A stretch of DNA of 49,869 nt from Thermoproteota archaeon (GTDB lineage: Archaea; Thermoproteota; EX4484-205; JAAOZP01). Where the stretch lies: positions 1 to 49,869 of the forward strand of contig JBNAVT010000014.1 of NCBI GenBank assembly GCA_049700215.1, given 5' to 3'. Below are positions 18,889 through 28,523 of the stretch, piece by piece. Position 1 is the stretch's first letter. The number at the start of each line of letters is the position of its first letter. A program made the position numbers and the translations under genes. The notes under the pieces were generated by a model. It was not told where the DNA came from. It made no database searches and saw only the letters and a list, made by a program, of their open reading frames with translations.

Positions 18889-19082
18889 TTTTCTTCAATA
18901 TTTCCTCTGCAAAATCCTGAGATAAATCTTTAGCTGGGTGGTTACGCCACCTAGAGCAAGTCTTCCGACGAATTGGGAAAAGAACTGAAGACTTTTTCGC
19001 CGGGGTTGAGACTGGAAGAAGATCTTATACGTTTCCAACTCCACTGCTTTACAAAATCTTGGAATCACTCGTTAAAACAGCT

Positions 19083-20119
19083 CTAAGAATAAGTTACTCC
19101 GAGCTTCACGCATTCCCACGGCTGTTCATCTATCTTCCTATAGGCTTCAACCACTTGGCTGAACTTCACGATCGGGTCGATTATTCCTTTAACATCTAGT
19201 TTCTTCCTGGTGAAAAGCTCTATTACTGTAGAGTAGACCCTCTCCCTATCCCAAAGAGGATAATCCCTATAGGGCTCGCTTTCAACGCGTGCCCCGGAGA
19301 CTAGTGTCAGCCGGTTGAAGTGAAACTCTTCGCCGAGGTAAAGATCCTTGGCTTCCCCATGATACCAGGAGACAGGTATTACGCTTCCCCCGTATCGGGT
19401 TGCCCTAACAGCCTGATGCAACGCTCGATAACTACCACTGATCTCCAGAGAAACATCCACTCCTTTCCCGTTCGTCAACTCCCTAATCTTCACTCCTACG
19501 TCAACAGAATTCGGGTCAATCACGTAGTCTGCCCCAAGTTTTTCAGCGAGGCCTCTCCTCTTCCCCACTGGTTCCACGGCGATGACGCATAGGCTACCGG
19601 ATATTTTGCACATCTGGAGCGTTAAAAGCCCTATTGCCCCCATCCCGAAAATCGCAACCCGGTCGCCCAGCCTTACATGTCCCTCTCTAACAGCCATGAG
19701 GGCTACGACCGCTGGGTCGACGCAGACAAGCTCTTCATCACTTACCCCCTCCGGAGCAGGCATAACCCGCTGCTCTGGAACAACATGCGTCTCCCTTATT
19801 GGAAGATAGCCGTAGACCCTGTCGCCTACTTTAAACCTTGAAACCTCCGGAGAAACCTCTTCAACAATACCCACCGTCATGTTTCCAAGGGGGAATGGAA
19901 AATAGATTCTTCACCTTTCCTGCTCACGAAAAGCATACGCTCCTGATCATAATGCTTGTTGAAGAACGGTGCTTCCCCTCTGTAAAGCAGCAGAGTCGTG
20001 CCGTGTTTCTCAGCTGAGAAGACGCTTCTTATTCGGAGCTCGCCTTTTTTAAGCGGTCTCTCCTCATACTCTAGGAGCGCGGGTTTCCTGGGCCCTAGGG
20101 CAACTAACTCTTTAGGCAT
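19083..20119 (-). pseudogene. Zinc-binding (MDR family) dehydrogenase split by one frameshift
   Basis: ORF 19877-20119 (SAEKHGT) and ORF 19083-19880 (FGMGAIG Rossmann). The downstream frame reads IYFPFPLGNMTVG before its ATG, so one extra base near the A4 run at 19899-19902 would join them. Confidence 0.8.
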
Positions 20120-20163
20120 CGGTCTTTAAAACAAACGTGGATTTTAAGCCTTTCCAATCAGGT

Positions 20164-20179
20164 TGAAACATTTGTTTCA
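20164..20179. promoter_or_regulatory. Palindromic operator-like site TGAAACA-TT-TGTTTCA
   Basis: Perfect 7-bp inverted repeat between the divergent dehydrogenase and GH31 genes. Confidence 0.45.
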
Positions 20180-20236
20180 CGGATTAGTTATGGACTGTGG
20201 TAAAGCTTTAATTCTCCATGTCCAGAGTACACTGGC

Positions 20237-22618
20237 ATGGAGAATGATTATTTCAGTAAAAGGTATTACCTAGAGTATCTTCATAAGACTGAAAGAGAGC
20301 CTGTTTTCGACAAGACTCGTTGGAAGTATCACTATGCTTCGCAAGTGGATTCATGGAGTATTAAGGATGGCATGGTTAAACTTGTGGTTGGAACAGAGCC
20401 TAAGGCTAATCCTCTGCACGTCGAGGTTTCCTTCCTCGGTGAGCAGGCACTGATGTTGAGAGCAGGCATAGGCGGGGTTCCGGCGTTCGAGCCTGAGCCC
20501 CTTATGGTGAAAACAGTCTTGGAGCCGGTGGAAGCCAGCGTCGTAGAGTCTAATGATGGTCTATCTTTTTCATCTGGAAAAGTGTCTTGCGAGATCCGGC
20601 GGAGGCCTTGGTGTCTCAAGCTGAAGGATGAAACGGGGAGGGTTTTTTTCGAAGAATATCTTTCAGGTATTCTTCGCAGCTGGTTTCCAGTTTATCCTCT
20701 CGGCTATAAAATTGCAGATGGTGGGAAGTGTTTCTTTGAAAGTGTTTATTTGAGACCGAATGAATCGGTCTATGGTTTCGGCGAGAGGTTCGGGCCTCTC
20801 GATAAAAGGGGCCAGGCTCTTCTCCTCTGGAATACTGATACGACTTTAACCTCTTCCGATAGAAGCTATAAGAGTATACCTTTCTACGTTACGAGCGAGG
20901 GCTACGGTTTATTCGTGAAAACAGGGAGCAAAACGCTTTTCGAAGTGGGCTCCGAATACTGCTACAATTCCATCTCGTTTGAGACTTGGGACGATTGCTT
21001 AGAGTACATTGTTTTCTACGGTCCTGACTTGAAACGTGTTTTGAAAATGTATACTGAGCTCACGGGGCGTCCCAGCCTACCGCCTTTATGGTCATTCGGA
21101 CTCTGGATGTCGAGGGCAACATACCGGAATAGGAGGGAACTCGAGGAGGTTGCTCAAAGACTGAGGAGCCAGCAGATACCTTGCGACGTGCTGCATATAG
21201 ACCCGTCTTGGATGAAGCCTAAGCATTATTGCGACTTCGAATGGAATGAGGATGCTTTTCCAGATCCAGATGATATGTTTGAGAAACTGAGGGAAATGGG
21301 TTTCAAAATATGCTTATGGGAGCAACCGTATGTTCCCAATGGGACAGCCATGTATAAGGAGGGCCTTGAAAAAGGCTTTTTTCTGAAAGATAGGGATGGC
21401 AGAGTAATCCATATACCCGACTTTGAGCTTTGCGAAGTCGCCATAGTTGATTTCACCAACCCGAAGGCCAGGGAGTGGTATAAGAATAAGCATTCGAGTC
21501 TACTCAGAAAAGGTGTTTCAGTCTTCAAATGCGACATGGGTGAAGCCGTGCCTGAGCAAGCAGTCTTTCACAACGGTAAGACCGGAGTGGAAATGCATAA
21601 TCTTTACCCTCTCTACTATCAAGGGACTGTTTTTAAAGCGGTGGAGGAGGTTTACGGAAGGGGTAACGGCCTCGTCTGGGGTCGTTCAGGATGCGCTGGA
21701 ATACAGAGATACCCGGTTCAATGGAGTGGTGACAGCCACGCTACTTTTGAAGACATGGCGTGCGTGCTGCGCGGCGGGCTTAGCTACTCGTTGTCTGGAG
21801 TGCCTTTCTGGAGTCACGACATCGGTGGTTTTCAAGGGCCTAAGCCGAGTCCAACTCTCTACGTCAGATGGGCCCAATGGGGTCTTTTAAGCCCACTCTC
21901 CAGGTGTCATGGGACAACGCCTCGAGAACCATGGGAGTACGGGGAGGAGGCCCTGAGAATATTTAGGGAGTTCGCCCGCCTCAGGTATAGTCTCCTACCC
22001 TATATTTACTCCTATGCGTATGAAGCGTGTGAAACAGGTATTCCAATAGCCAGGCCGCTGGTGTTAGAGTATCAGGATGATCCGAATACGAGGAAGGTTG
22101 ACTTAGAGTATCTGTTCGGCCCATCCCTGCTTGTTATTCCGGTTCTAAACGAGGAGGGATACGTGGAGTACTACCTGCCAAAAGGTGAATGGTTAAACTG
22201 GTGGAGTAGGGAGTCGATTAAAGGAGGATACTGGGTTAAGGAGAACGTCCCGTTACACGTAATACCATTATTCGTCAGGGAGAACTCGGTGATACCTAGA
22301 GTGACTCCTATGCAGCATGTTGGTGAAAAACTTGAAGAAATGATTCTAGAAGTCTTTGTGAAAGACAAGGCGTTCTTAAACTACTTTTTCGACGAGAGTT
22401 TTCCGATAGAGGCTTCAAGAGAAAACAATGTTTTAAGGCTGAAAATTGGGCCTTCGAGAAAAACGTGGAGGATAGTTTTCTACTATGAGAATAAGCCGCT
22501 GAGGGTCGACTGCACAGGAGGAGACCTTGCCTCATACGAGTATAACAGTGGGTTGAAAGCCATAGATTTGAAGATTCTTCTAAAAGGTGAACCATGCCTC
22601 ATCGAAGTGGTGGAATAG
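20237..22618 (+). CDS. GH31 family glycoside hydrolase, alpha-xylosidase (YicI-like)
   Basis: YGFGERF, YKSIPFY, PPLWSFGLWMS, FKCDMGE (nucleophile), WSGD, FWSHDIGGF, RCHG...REPW. Confidence 0.9.
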   Translation: MENDYFSKRYYLEYLHKTEREPVFDKTRWKYHYASQVDSWSIKDGMVKLVVGTEPKANPLHVEVSFLGEQALMLRAGIGGVPAFEPEPLMVKTVLEPVEASVVESNDGLSFSSGKVSCEIRRRPWCLKLKDETGRVFFEEYLSGILRSWFPVYPLGYKIADGGKCFFESVYLRPNESVYGFGERFGPLDKRGQALLLWNTDTTLTSSDRSYKSIPFYVTSEGYGLFVKTGSKTLFEVGSEYCYNSISFETWDDCLEYIVFYGPDLKRVLKMYTELTGRPSLPPLWSFGLWMSRATYRNRRELEEVAQRLRSQQIPCDVLHIDPSWMKPKHYCDFEWNEDAFPDPDDMFEKLREMGFKICLWEQPYVPNGTAMYKEGLEKGFFLKDRDGRVIHIPDFELCEVAIVDFTNPKAREWYKNKHSSLLRKGVSVFKCDMGEAVPEQAVFHNGKTGVEMHNLYPLYYQGTVFKAVEEVYGRGNGLVWGRSGCAGIQRYPVQWSGDSHATFEDMACVLRGGLSYSLSGVPFWSHDIGGFQGPKPSPTLYVRWAQWGLLSPLSRCHGTTPREPWEYGEEALRIFREFARLRYSLLPYIYSYAYEACETGIPIARPLVLEYQDDPNTRKVDLEYLFGPSLLVIPVLNEEGYVEYYLPKGEWLNWWSRESIKGGYWVKENVPLHVIPLFVRENSVIPRVTPMQHVGEKLEEMILEVFVKDKAFLNYFFDESFPIEASRENNVLRLKIGPSRKTWRIVFYYENKPLRVDCTGGDLASYEYNSGLKAIDLKILLKGEPCLIEVVE

Positions 22619-22666
22619 GTTTCAACTGTGCAGAACCGGTGATACAGTGCACCAGGGTTAAAGCCT

Positions 22667-22810
22667 TTGAAAGCTTCAGTAAGATGGTGCAGCGTCTGCA
22701 ACGTGCTGCTCCTCGGAGAGAAACGCGACGTGTGTGGAGACAAGGGTTTTCATTTAAAGACTAATGGGAAGACTGATTTAAGACCTTTTTTCGAAGAAGA
22801 GAGAAAGCTA
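22667..22810 (+). pseudogene. N-terminal fragment of an archaeal PAPS-reductase-family (Zn-ribbon/PUA/ferredoxin) gene
   Basis: WCSVCNVLLLGEKRDVCG...DLRPFF resembles the family N-terminus WC..CNVPLL...C..CG...D.RPAF, with C>R and P>L decay. Similarity ends at the GC palindrome. Confidence 0.65.
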
Positions 22811-22819
22811 GCGCGCGCT
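22809..22819. repeat. Junction palindrome copy 1, TAGCGCGCGCT
   Basis: Read directly; AGCGCGCGCT is self-complementary; lies at the end of the PAPS-reductase-like N-fragment. Confidence 0.85.
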
Positions 22820-22912
22820 CAAATCCCACCTCCGCATTCTCCTCATAATACCGGCATAAACCATGTTGTGGCATGTCATTAAACCGTTAGGTTTTAATAT
22901 GGTTGCTGCGAG

Positions 22913-23467
22913 ATGGTTGCTCGATTAGTCTTGGTTAGCAGGTTCGAGTCAGTGAGAGTTTTGGCGTCGAGAATCGTTTACAGTAAGCATGGCTTTACTG
23001 TTGTTGAAGACACATTGGGTTTTGCCGATGGATCAACCTATGAATACATATATTTTAAAAGTAGCGGGACCGTTGCTGTGGCTGCTTTCGCCGAAGACAA
23101 TAAGATTATTCTAACGAAGCAGTATCGTCATCCTCTTCGGAAAATAGTTTACGACTTGCCTGGAGGCGGCGTCAAGGCTGGGGAAACTCCTATGCAAGCC
23201 GCTTTAAGGGAACTTGAGGAAGAAACGGGCTATACCGCGGAGAAGCTTGAATGGATAGGACGATTCAGTCGTGGTCCAAGCACGGAAGCGGTTACGGACC
23301 TCTTCTCGGCTAAGGCGAGGAGAAAAGGTGTTTTCGACTCTGCGGAGATAGTAGGAGTAGAGCTGGTAGATTTTAATCAACTTGTGCAGAAGGTTCTTGA
23401 CGGAGAATGCTTCGACGCTGCATTAAGTATCGCTACCCTAATCATTCTGGCTAAGAAACTTGTATAA
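22913..23467 (+). CDS. NUDIX hydrolase (ADP-ribose pyrophosphatase-like)
   Basis: KQYRHP and Nudix box PGGGVKAGETPMQAALRELEEETGY. The true start may be TTG 22931. Confidence 0.92.
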   Translation: MVARLVLVSRFESVRVLASRIVYSKHGFTVVEDTLGFADGSTYEYIYFKSSGTVAVAAFAEDNKIILTKQYRHPLRKIVYDLPGGGVKAGETPMQAALRELEEETGYTAEKLEWIGRFSRGPSTEAVTDLFSAKARRKGVFDSAEIVGVELVDFNQLVQKVLDGECFDAALSIATLIILAKKLV

Positions 23468-23491
23468 GTCCTTTTACACAGTAATAGGCCG

Positions 23492-23503
23492 TAGCGCGCG
23501 CTA
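23492..23503. repeat. Junction palindrome copy 2, TAGCGCGCGCTA
   Basis: Perfect 12-bp palindrome immediately before the ferredoxin-like gene remnant. Confidence 0.85.
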
Positions 23504-23504
23504 A

Positions 23505-23702
23505 TATAGGAATAGAAAAGTAATTAGCGTTGTTTTCAGAGCAGCATACTGTTTAGGATGCGGTTCTTGCGAGGTTTGGTGACCGCAAGATGCCTTGTTC
23601 CTAGATGAAGACGGGAAGGTTCATGTGGATGAAACCATGTGCAAAGGATGTGAAACCTGTATGGAGAAATGTCCAGTAGTCGAGTTTCTCCTCCTGTTCT
23701 GA
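23505..23702 (+). pseudogene. C-terminal 2x[4Fe-4S] ferredoxin-domain remnant (tail of the PAPS-reductase-family gene)
   Basis: Not in ORF track. Translates YRNRKVISVVFRAAYCLGCGSCEVW*PQDALFLDEDGKVHVDETMCKGCETCMEKCPVVEFLLLF*: two CxxCxxCxxxCP motifs, the first with TGA (23580-23582) at its fourth Cys; no start codon at its 5' end. Confidence 0.75.
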
Positions 23703-23753
23703 AATCTGCAGGCCCACTTATGGTGTTGCATGCCTAGAATTGCACTTGGACAC

Positions 23754-23771
23754 GGAATAACTTTTTATTCC
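23754..23771. promoter_or_regulatory. Inverted repeat GGAATAA-CTTT-TTATTCC overlapping the transketolase TATA-like box
   Basis: 7-bp arms read directly, ending ~21 nt upstream of ATG 23793. Confidence 0.4.
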
Positions 23772-23792
23772 TCTGATTGAGTTGTTCCCTTC

Positions 23793-25721
23793 ATGAATTC
23801 TCCTGGGAGATGGATATCGGATGAAGACCTTGAAAAGCTAAGAGAAATAGGCAGAATCGCGCGAGGAGATATAATTAAGATGACAACTCTCGCCGCCTCA
23901 GGACACCCCGGAGGATCCATGTCCAGTATCGACATTTATCTTACTCTCTTCTCTTTCGCAAGAGTCAAGCCTAAAGAGCCCTGCTGGCCGGCTAGGGACA
24001 GGATAGTCGTAAGCCACGGTCATACTTCTCCAGGTGTTTACGCTGCCTTAGGCAGGCTCGGGTTCTTCGACATTGATGAAGCGATAGCCACTTTCAGGCT
24101 TGCCGGCAGCCGTTTCGAGGGTCATGTGGAGAGATGCGTCCCAGGGGTGGAATGGTCCACTGGGAACCTTGGCCAAGGGCTCTCTGCCGGATGCGGCTTC
24201 GCCGTCGCAGGAAGGATTAGAGGCGTGGACTACCATGTTTTCGTCACTATGAGCGACGCAGAGCAGGCTAAGGGACAGGTGGCGGAGGCCAGGAGGTTCA
24301 TCCATAAGTATGGTTTTTCAAACATTACTGTCATAGTCGACTACAATGAGAGGCAGATAAGTGGTAAGACGTATGAGGTGATGCCGGTTAACATTAAGGA
24401 GGGGTATGTGTCAGACGGCTGGAGAGTTGTTGAGACGGATGGTCACGATTTTAAAGCTCTGCGAAGCGCGTTGGACGAGGCTGTGACCGACGGTTCTCCA
24501 ACAGCCATAATCGCTCGAACAGTAATGGGGAAGGGGGTTTCCTTCATGGAGGGCAATGAGGAGTACCACGGTAGACCGTTGAAAATAGACGAGTATAAGA
24601 AGGCTGTTCTGGAGCTAGGTGTTGAGGATGACCTGGACAAGTATAGGGCGTTGAGAAACAGACTCGCCTCAGAGCTTAAAAGTTCACGCCGCAAGGCTTA
24701 CGAATTATGCTCGGAAACAGTAACCCTTAAGCCGGGGGTGCCGAGAACATACCGGGCTGGAAGCCAGGTGGAAACCAGGCAGGCTTTCGGCAATGCTTTA
24801 ATCGACCTTGCTGAAGCCCAGGGGGTAGAGAAACCGTTAATCGCTGTTTTTGACTGCGACCTGGCGGAGTCCGTCAGGACGGTGGAGTTCGCAAAGAAAT
24901 TCCCCGGCAATTTCTTCCAAGCCGGTGTTCAGGAGCACACCACGGCGACTATTGCAGGGGCAGCGTCAATCCAGGGGGTTGTATCCTTCTTCGCGGACTT
25001 CGGGGTTTTCGGCGTTGACGAGACCTATAACCAGCATAGGCTTAACGATATTAACCATACGAACCTTAAGGTTGTTGTTACACACTGTGGTTTAAACGTC
25101 GGCGAAGACGGGAAGACTCACCACTGCATTGATTACGTGGGTGTTTTCAGGAACCTTTACGGCTTCAGGGTTATAGTGCCTGCTGACGCTAATCAGACTG
25201 ACAGGGCTACGAGGTTCATTGCGTCGACACCCGGAAACTTCCTGCTCGCCGTAGGGAGGTCGAAGCTACCAGTAATCACCGATGAGGCCGGTAAAGAGGT
25301 GTTTGCGGGAAACTACGTTTTCAAGTATGGTAGGGCAGACGTTTTGAGGAGCGGCGGGGATGCTGCAATATTCACCATGGGCTCAATAGCTCACAAGGCT
25401 GTCTCAGCCTGGGAGAGGCTGAGAGATATGGGTGTCAACGTTATGGTTGTTAATGTTTCCAGTCCTCTCGAGATTGACGAGAAAGTGTTGGAGGAGGCTG
25501 CTAAAACAGGCAGGATTGTAACCTACGAGGATCATAATGTTAACACTGGGCTGGGCTCTTCCGTCTCACAGGCTATTGCTGAGCTTGGCTACAGTGTTAG
25601 AATAAAACGGTTGGGAATCCGTGAGTACGGCGCCTCTGGGGCGTTTGAAGACCTTTACAGAATGGCGGGGTTGGATGAGGATTCGCTGGTTGAAGCCGTT
25701 ATGAAACTTGTCCGCAGCTAA
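23793..25721 (+). CDS. tkt: Transketolase, single-chain (fused N- and C-terminal domains)
   Basis: SGHPGGSMS, DRIVVSHGH, STGNLGQG, TPP-site variant SDAEQAKG, DLAES, GEDGKTH, TYEDHN. Confidence 0.9.
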   Translation: MNSPGRWISDEDLEKLREIGRIARGDIIKMTTLAASGHPGGSMSSIDIYLTLFSFARVKPKEPCWPARDRIVVSHGHTSPGVYAALGRLGFFDIDEAIATFRLAGSRFEGHVERCVPGVEWSTGNLGQGLSAGCGFAVAGRIRGVDYHVFVTMSDAEQAKGQVAEARRFIHKYGFSNITVIVDYNERQISGKTYEVMPVNIKEGYVSDGWRVVETDGHDFKALRSALDEAVTDGSPTAIIARTVMGKGVSFMEGNEEYHGRPLKIDEYKKAVLELGVEDDLDKYRALRNRLASELKSSRRKAYELCSETVTLKPGVPRTYRAGSQVETRQAFGNALIDLAEAQGVEKPLIAVFDCDLAESVRTVEFAKKFPGNFFQAGVQEHTTATIAGAASIQGVVSFFADFGVFGVDETYNQHRLNDINHTNLKVVVTHCGLNVGEDGKTHHCIDYVGVFRNLYGFRVIVPADANQTDRATRFIASTPGNFLLAVGRSKLPVITDEAGKEVFAGNYVFKYGRADVLRSGGDAAIFTMGSIAHKAVSAWERLRDMGVNVMVVNVSSPLEIDEKVLEEAAKTGRIVTYEDHNVNTGLGSSVSQAIAELGYSVRIKRLGIREYGASGAFEDLYRMAGLDEDSLVEAVMKLVRS

Positions 25722-25850
25722 GCAAATGAGGGTTGCAGAGTAGAAGTATCCTAGACCTTCAGGGCTCTGAAAAACCGGTTGGCAGCGGGCTCGTGAGCCT
25801 TTCTATCGCCGTTAAGAATAAATGTTTCTCCTCGTCTTGCATACTGGTGT

Positions 25851-27134
25851 ATGAGGGTTCAGGACCTGGTGTGTTTCATACCGGTGGGTGGTCAAGCTAA
25901 AAGGCTGAGGCCTCTGTCCCACGATGTTTCCAAGCCGTGTGTAAGGTTTCTCAACAGGCCTCTGATAGAATTTTCAATGATCGCCTTGGCCGAGCAGGGC
26001 GTTAGGAATTTCATATTCGGGGAAATGGGCTATACTAATTATGCTAATCTTTTCGACCAGTATGGGGAGGGTATTGGCTTCTCAGCCAAATATAGGATTG
26101 AGCCTAGGGTCCATATTAAGCATCAGCCTAATCTTGATGATCTGGGAAGCGCCGACTCATACCGTATAAACATGGATTACTACGATATTCGTAGACCCGT
26201 GATTGTAGTGCAGGGTGATAACCTGTTTAACATTGATCTGGAGGACTTCGTCAGAAAACATGAGGAGAGGAATGCTGTAATGAGCATCGCATTAACAAGG
26301 GTGGAGGACGTTGAGAAGTATGGTGTTGCAGAGCTTGAAGGGGATTATAGGATTAAGCGTTTCGTGGAAAAGCCTAGGCCTGGGGAGGCTCCAAGTAAGC
26401 TTGCAAACGCTGGAATATACCTCTTGTCCCCGGAGATGAGAAGCATAGTGAGCAGCGAAGAGTTGCTTAAGATTAGGAACGAGAGGAATAGGCTTGACTT
26501 CGGGTACGACTTAATACCGTATCTTGTAGATAATGGTTTTCCGGTTTACGGCTACGAAATCCCAGTCTGGTTTGACATCGGTTCTCCTGAAAAATATCTG
26601 GAAGCCATGGTTAATGTTCTCAGAGGAGCGTTAGACATCAGGATAACGGAGGAGAGAATTGTTCCCGGCAGGAATATCTGGGTTCAAGGGTATAGTGAAG
26701 AATCGATGAAAAGAAGGGAGGAAATCGTTAGAAAGCATAGGGAGAACAGGCTTGGCTTAGAGGGTGCAGTGTTAATCGGGCGGCATACGAGAATAGGCGA
26801 CTACTCTACAATCACCGATTCCTCGATAGATAATTTCTGCATTATAGGTGAACACGTAGCTATTGAAAGGTCCGCGATTATGGATGCGGCAAAAATCGGC
26901 GACTATGCACGCATATATGACAGCATTATCGGTAGAAAAGTCGTGATCGAATCCTCGCAGGGAAACCCGACTAGCATAGAGTCTTTTTCAACTATTGGAA
27001 ACTCCGTCAGGATACGTGAGGGCTGCAGGCTCGTGAACACTAGGGTGAACCCTGGCCTGATTCTCCCTCCCGGCATGGTTTATAAAGACAAGTTTCTCCA
27101 AACCTATGAGGATGTTGTTAGAATGGCGGAGTAA
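25851..27134 (+). CDS. NDP-sugar pyrophosphorylase (glucose-1-phosphate adenylyltransferase-like) with C-terminal left-handed beta-helix
   Basis: GGQAKRLRPLS..VSKP, QGDN, YGVA..RFVEKP, ANAGIY, DFGYDLIP, WFDIG; hexapeptide repeats. Confidence 0.88.
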   Translation: MRVQDLVCFIPVGGQAKRLRPLSHDVSKPCVRFLNRPLIEFSMIALAEQGVRNFIFGEMGYTNYANLFDQYGEGIGFSAKYRIEPRVHIKHQPNLDDLGSADSYRINMDYYDIRRPVIVVQGDNLFNIDLEDFVRKHEERNAVMSIALTRVEDVEKYGVAELEGDYRIKRFVEKPRPGEAPSKLANAGIYLLSPEMRSIVSSEELLKIRNERNRLDFGYDLIPYLVDNGFPVYGYEIPVWFDIGSPEKYLEAMVNVLRGALDIRITEERIVPGRNIWVQGYSEESMKRREEIVRKHRENRLGLEGAVLIGRHTRIGDYSTITDSSIDNFCIIGEHVAIERSAIMDAAKIGDYARIYDSIIGRKVVIESSQGNPTSIESFSTIGNSVRIREGCRLVNTRVNPGLILPPGMVYKDKFLQTYEDVVRMAE

Positions 27135-27207
27135 GAGCGCAGCTCTAGCGGCATCTAAGCATTTTTAGACCGGCTTTTTAGAATGGCTGCTTCCACTACG
27201 TTAAGAC

Positions 27208-28437
27208 TTATTTGGCGAGCGACTCGTATATCTTGATAGTCTGCTGAGCCACCTTGTCCCAGGTGAAGTAGTTTAAAACCCTCTTCCTGCCGTTTTCACC
27301 CATTTTAAGCGCTTTATCTTTATCCGACAGTATCAGGTTGACGCCCCACGCTATGTCTACAGGATCATTACCATTTATGTGGACACCGTTTTGATCCGGC
27401 CCGCTGCTTATCACTTGCTCCCTGAACCCGCATACTCCACTCGCGCCAACGACGATCGGCTTCTTCATCGCCATCGCCTCAAGCGAAACTATTCCAAACG
27501 GCTCGTAGATGCTTGGAAAAACGCACAGGTCCGCTGCCGCGTAATGCAGGATGCGTTCGTTCTCCGGTATAAACTCATACCTGTAGTAAACGTTGTTTGA
27601 AAGCCCCAGGCGGCTCGTCAACTCCTCAATATCCTTCTGCTCTTCTCCTCTTCCAAGTATCACCAGCTTCGTATTGGGGTGCTCCTTGAGGATCAGGGGC
27701 ATTGCTTGAATCAGGTTTCTAACGCCCTTAACCCAGGTCAACCTGCCAATGAAAAGCAGCATATTCTCTTCTCTACTTATATTATACTTCCTTCTAACTG
27801 CCTCTATGTCTTCAGGCCTGCATTTATCAGGATTGTAAACGTTAGCATCCACACCGTTCCAGACTACGCTTATCTTATCCTCAGGCCAACCGTGCTTAAC
27901 CAGGTCCTCTTTCATCGCGTAGCTTACTGTAATTATCCTCTCCGCCGTTGAAGCAGCCTTCTCCTCTAAGTATTTTATTACTTGGGATCCGTCTCCAGTC
28001 CTACCCCATTCCGTTGAATGCACATGGAAAACCATTGGTATGGTTGTGTGTTTTCTCGATATTAACGCCCCTATGCAGCTCAACCAGTCGTGAAACGAGA
28101 TTATGTCGATTTTAGTCTCCCTAATCTCTGCAACAAGGTCTGACGCAGTCATCACGTTGTAGATGAAAATATCGCTGAAGAACCTTATGTAGGTGCCCCA
28201 GTGCTTCAAATCCTCAGTCACTATAGGGGCGAAAACGTCGCTCGCATCCACCGTCGGGTATCTCCTGATTTCAACGCCTCCAGTTATTTCTCTTAATTGA
28301 GTTGCTCCCCTATGCATGGTGAAAACAGTAACATCGTGCCCAAGCTTAACGAACTCCTTTGTAATGTACTGCGCGTATGTTCCAAGCCCCCCCACGAGAT
28401 ACGGTGGGTATTCGTACACCATGAACGCTATCTTCAA
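27208..28437 (-). CDS. GT4 glycosyltransferase (probable alpha-glucan/glycogen synthase type)
   Basis: EYPPYLVGGLG, HDWL, HSTEWGR, GRLTWVKG, PSIYEPFGIVSLEAMA. Confidence 0.9.
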   Translation of the reverse strand: MKIAFMVYEYPPYLVGGLGTYAQYITKEFVKLGHDVTVFTMHRGATQLREITGGVEIRRYPTVDASDVFAPIVTEDLKHWGTYIRFFSDIFIYNVMTASDLVAEIRETKIDIISFHDWLSCIGALISRKHTTIPMVFHVHSTEWGRTGDGSQVIKYLEEKAASTAERIITVSYAMKEDLVKHGWPEDKISVVWNGVDANVYNPDKCRPEDIEAVRRKYNISREENMLLFIGRLTWVKGVRNLIQAMPLILKEHPNTKLVILGRGEEQKDIEELTSRLGLSNNVYYRYEFIPENERILHYAAADLCVFPSIYEPFGIVSLEAMAMKKPIVVGASGVCGFREQVISSGPDQNGVHINGNDPVDIAWGVNLILSDKDKALKMGENGRKRVLNYFTWDKVAQQTIKIYESLAK

Positions 28438-28523
28438 GGGGTGTTCTTCACTAAACGTGTAATTATCCTTTATATGTTTTTAACTTCTCAAGATTTATGT
28501 AGTCGTCCAGCGACGTATTCATT

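Noticed and set aside
18889-19082. 194-bp intergenic region with a small GGTGG/CCACC hairpin (possible ncRNA or gene remnant)
   Set aside because: No tRNA cloverleaf, C/D boxes or recognisable coding similarity.
22809-23503. Integron cassette or IS/MITE interpretation of the NUDIX segment
   Set aside because: No attC-like GTTRRRY/RYYYAAC structure, terminal inverted repeats beyond the short palindrome, target-site duplication or integrase/transposase. The host gene's centre is also missing, which simple insertion would not cause.
23580-23582. In-frame TGA at a conserved Cys of a ferredoxin motif (possible selenocysteine)
   Set aside because: The fragment has no start and is cut off by the junction, the N-terminal remnant also shows a C>R change, and I saw no SECIS-like hairpin. 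A TGY>TGA nonsense mutation in a pseudogene is simpler.
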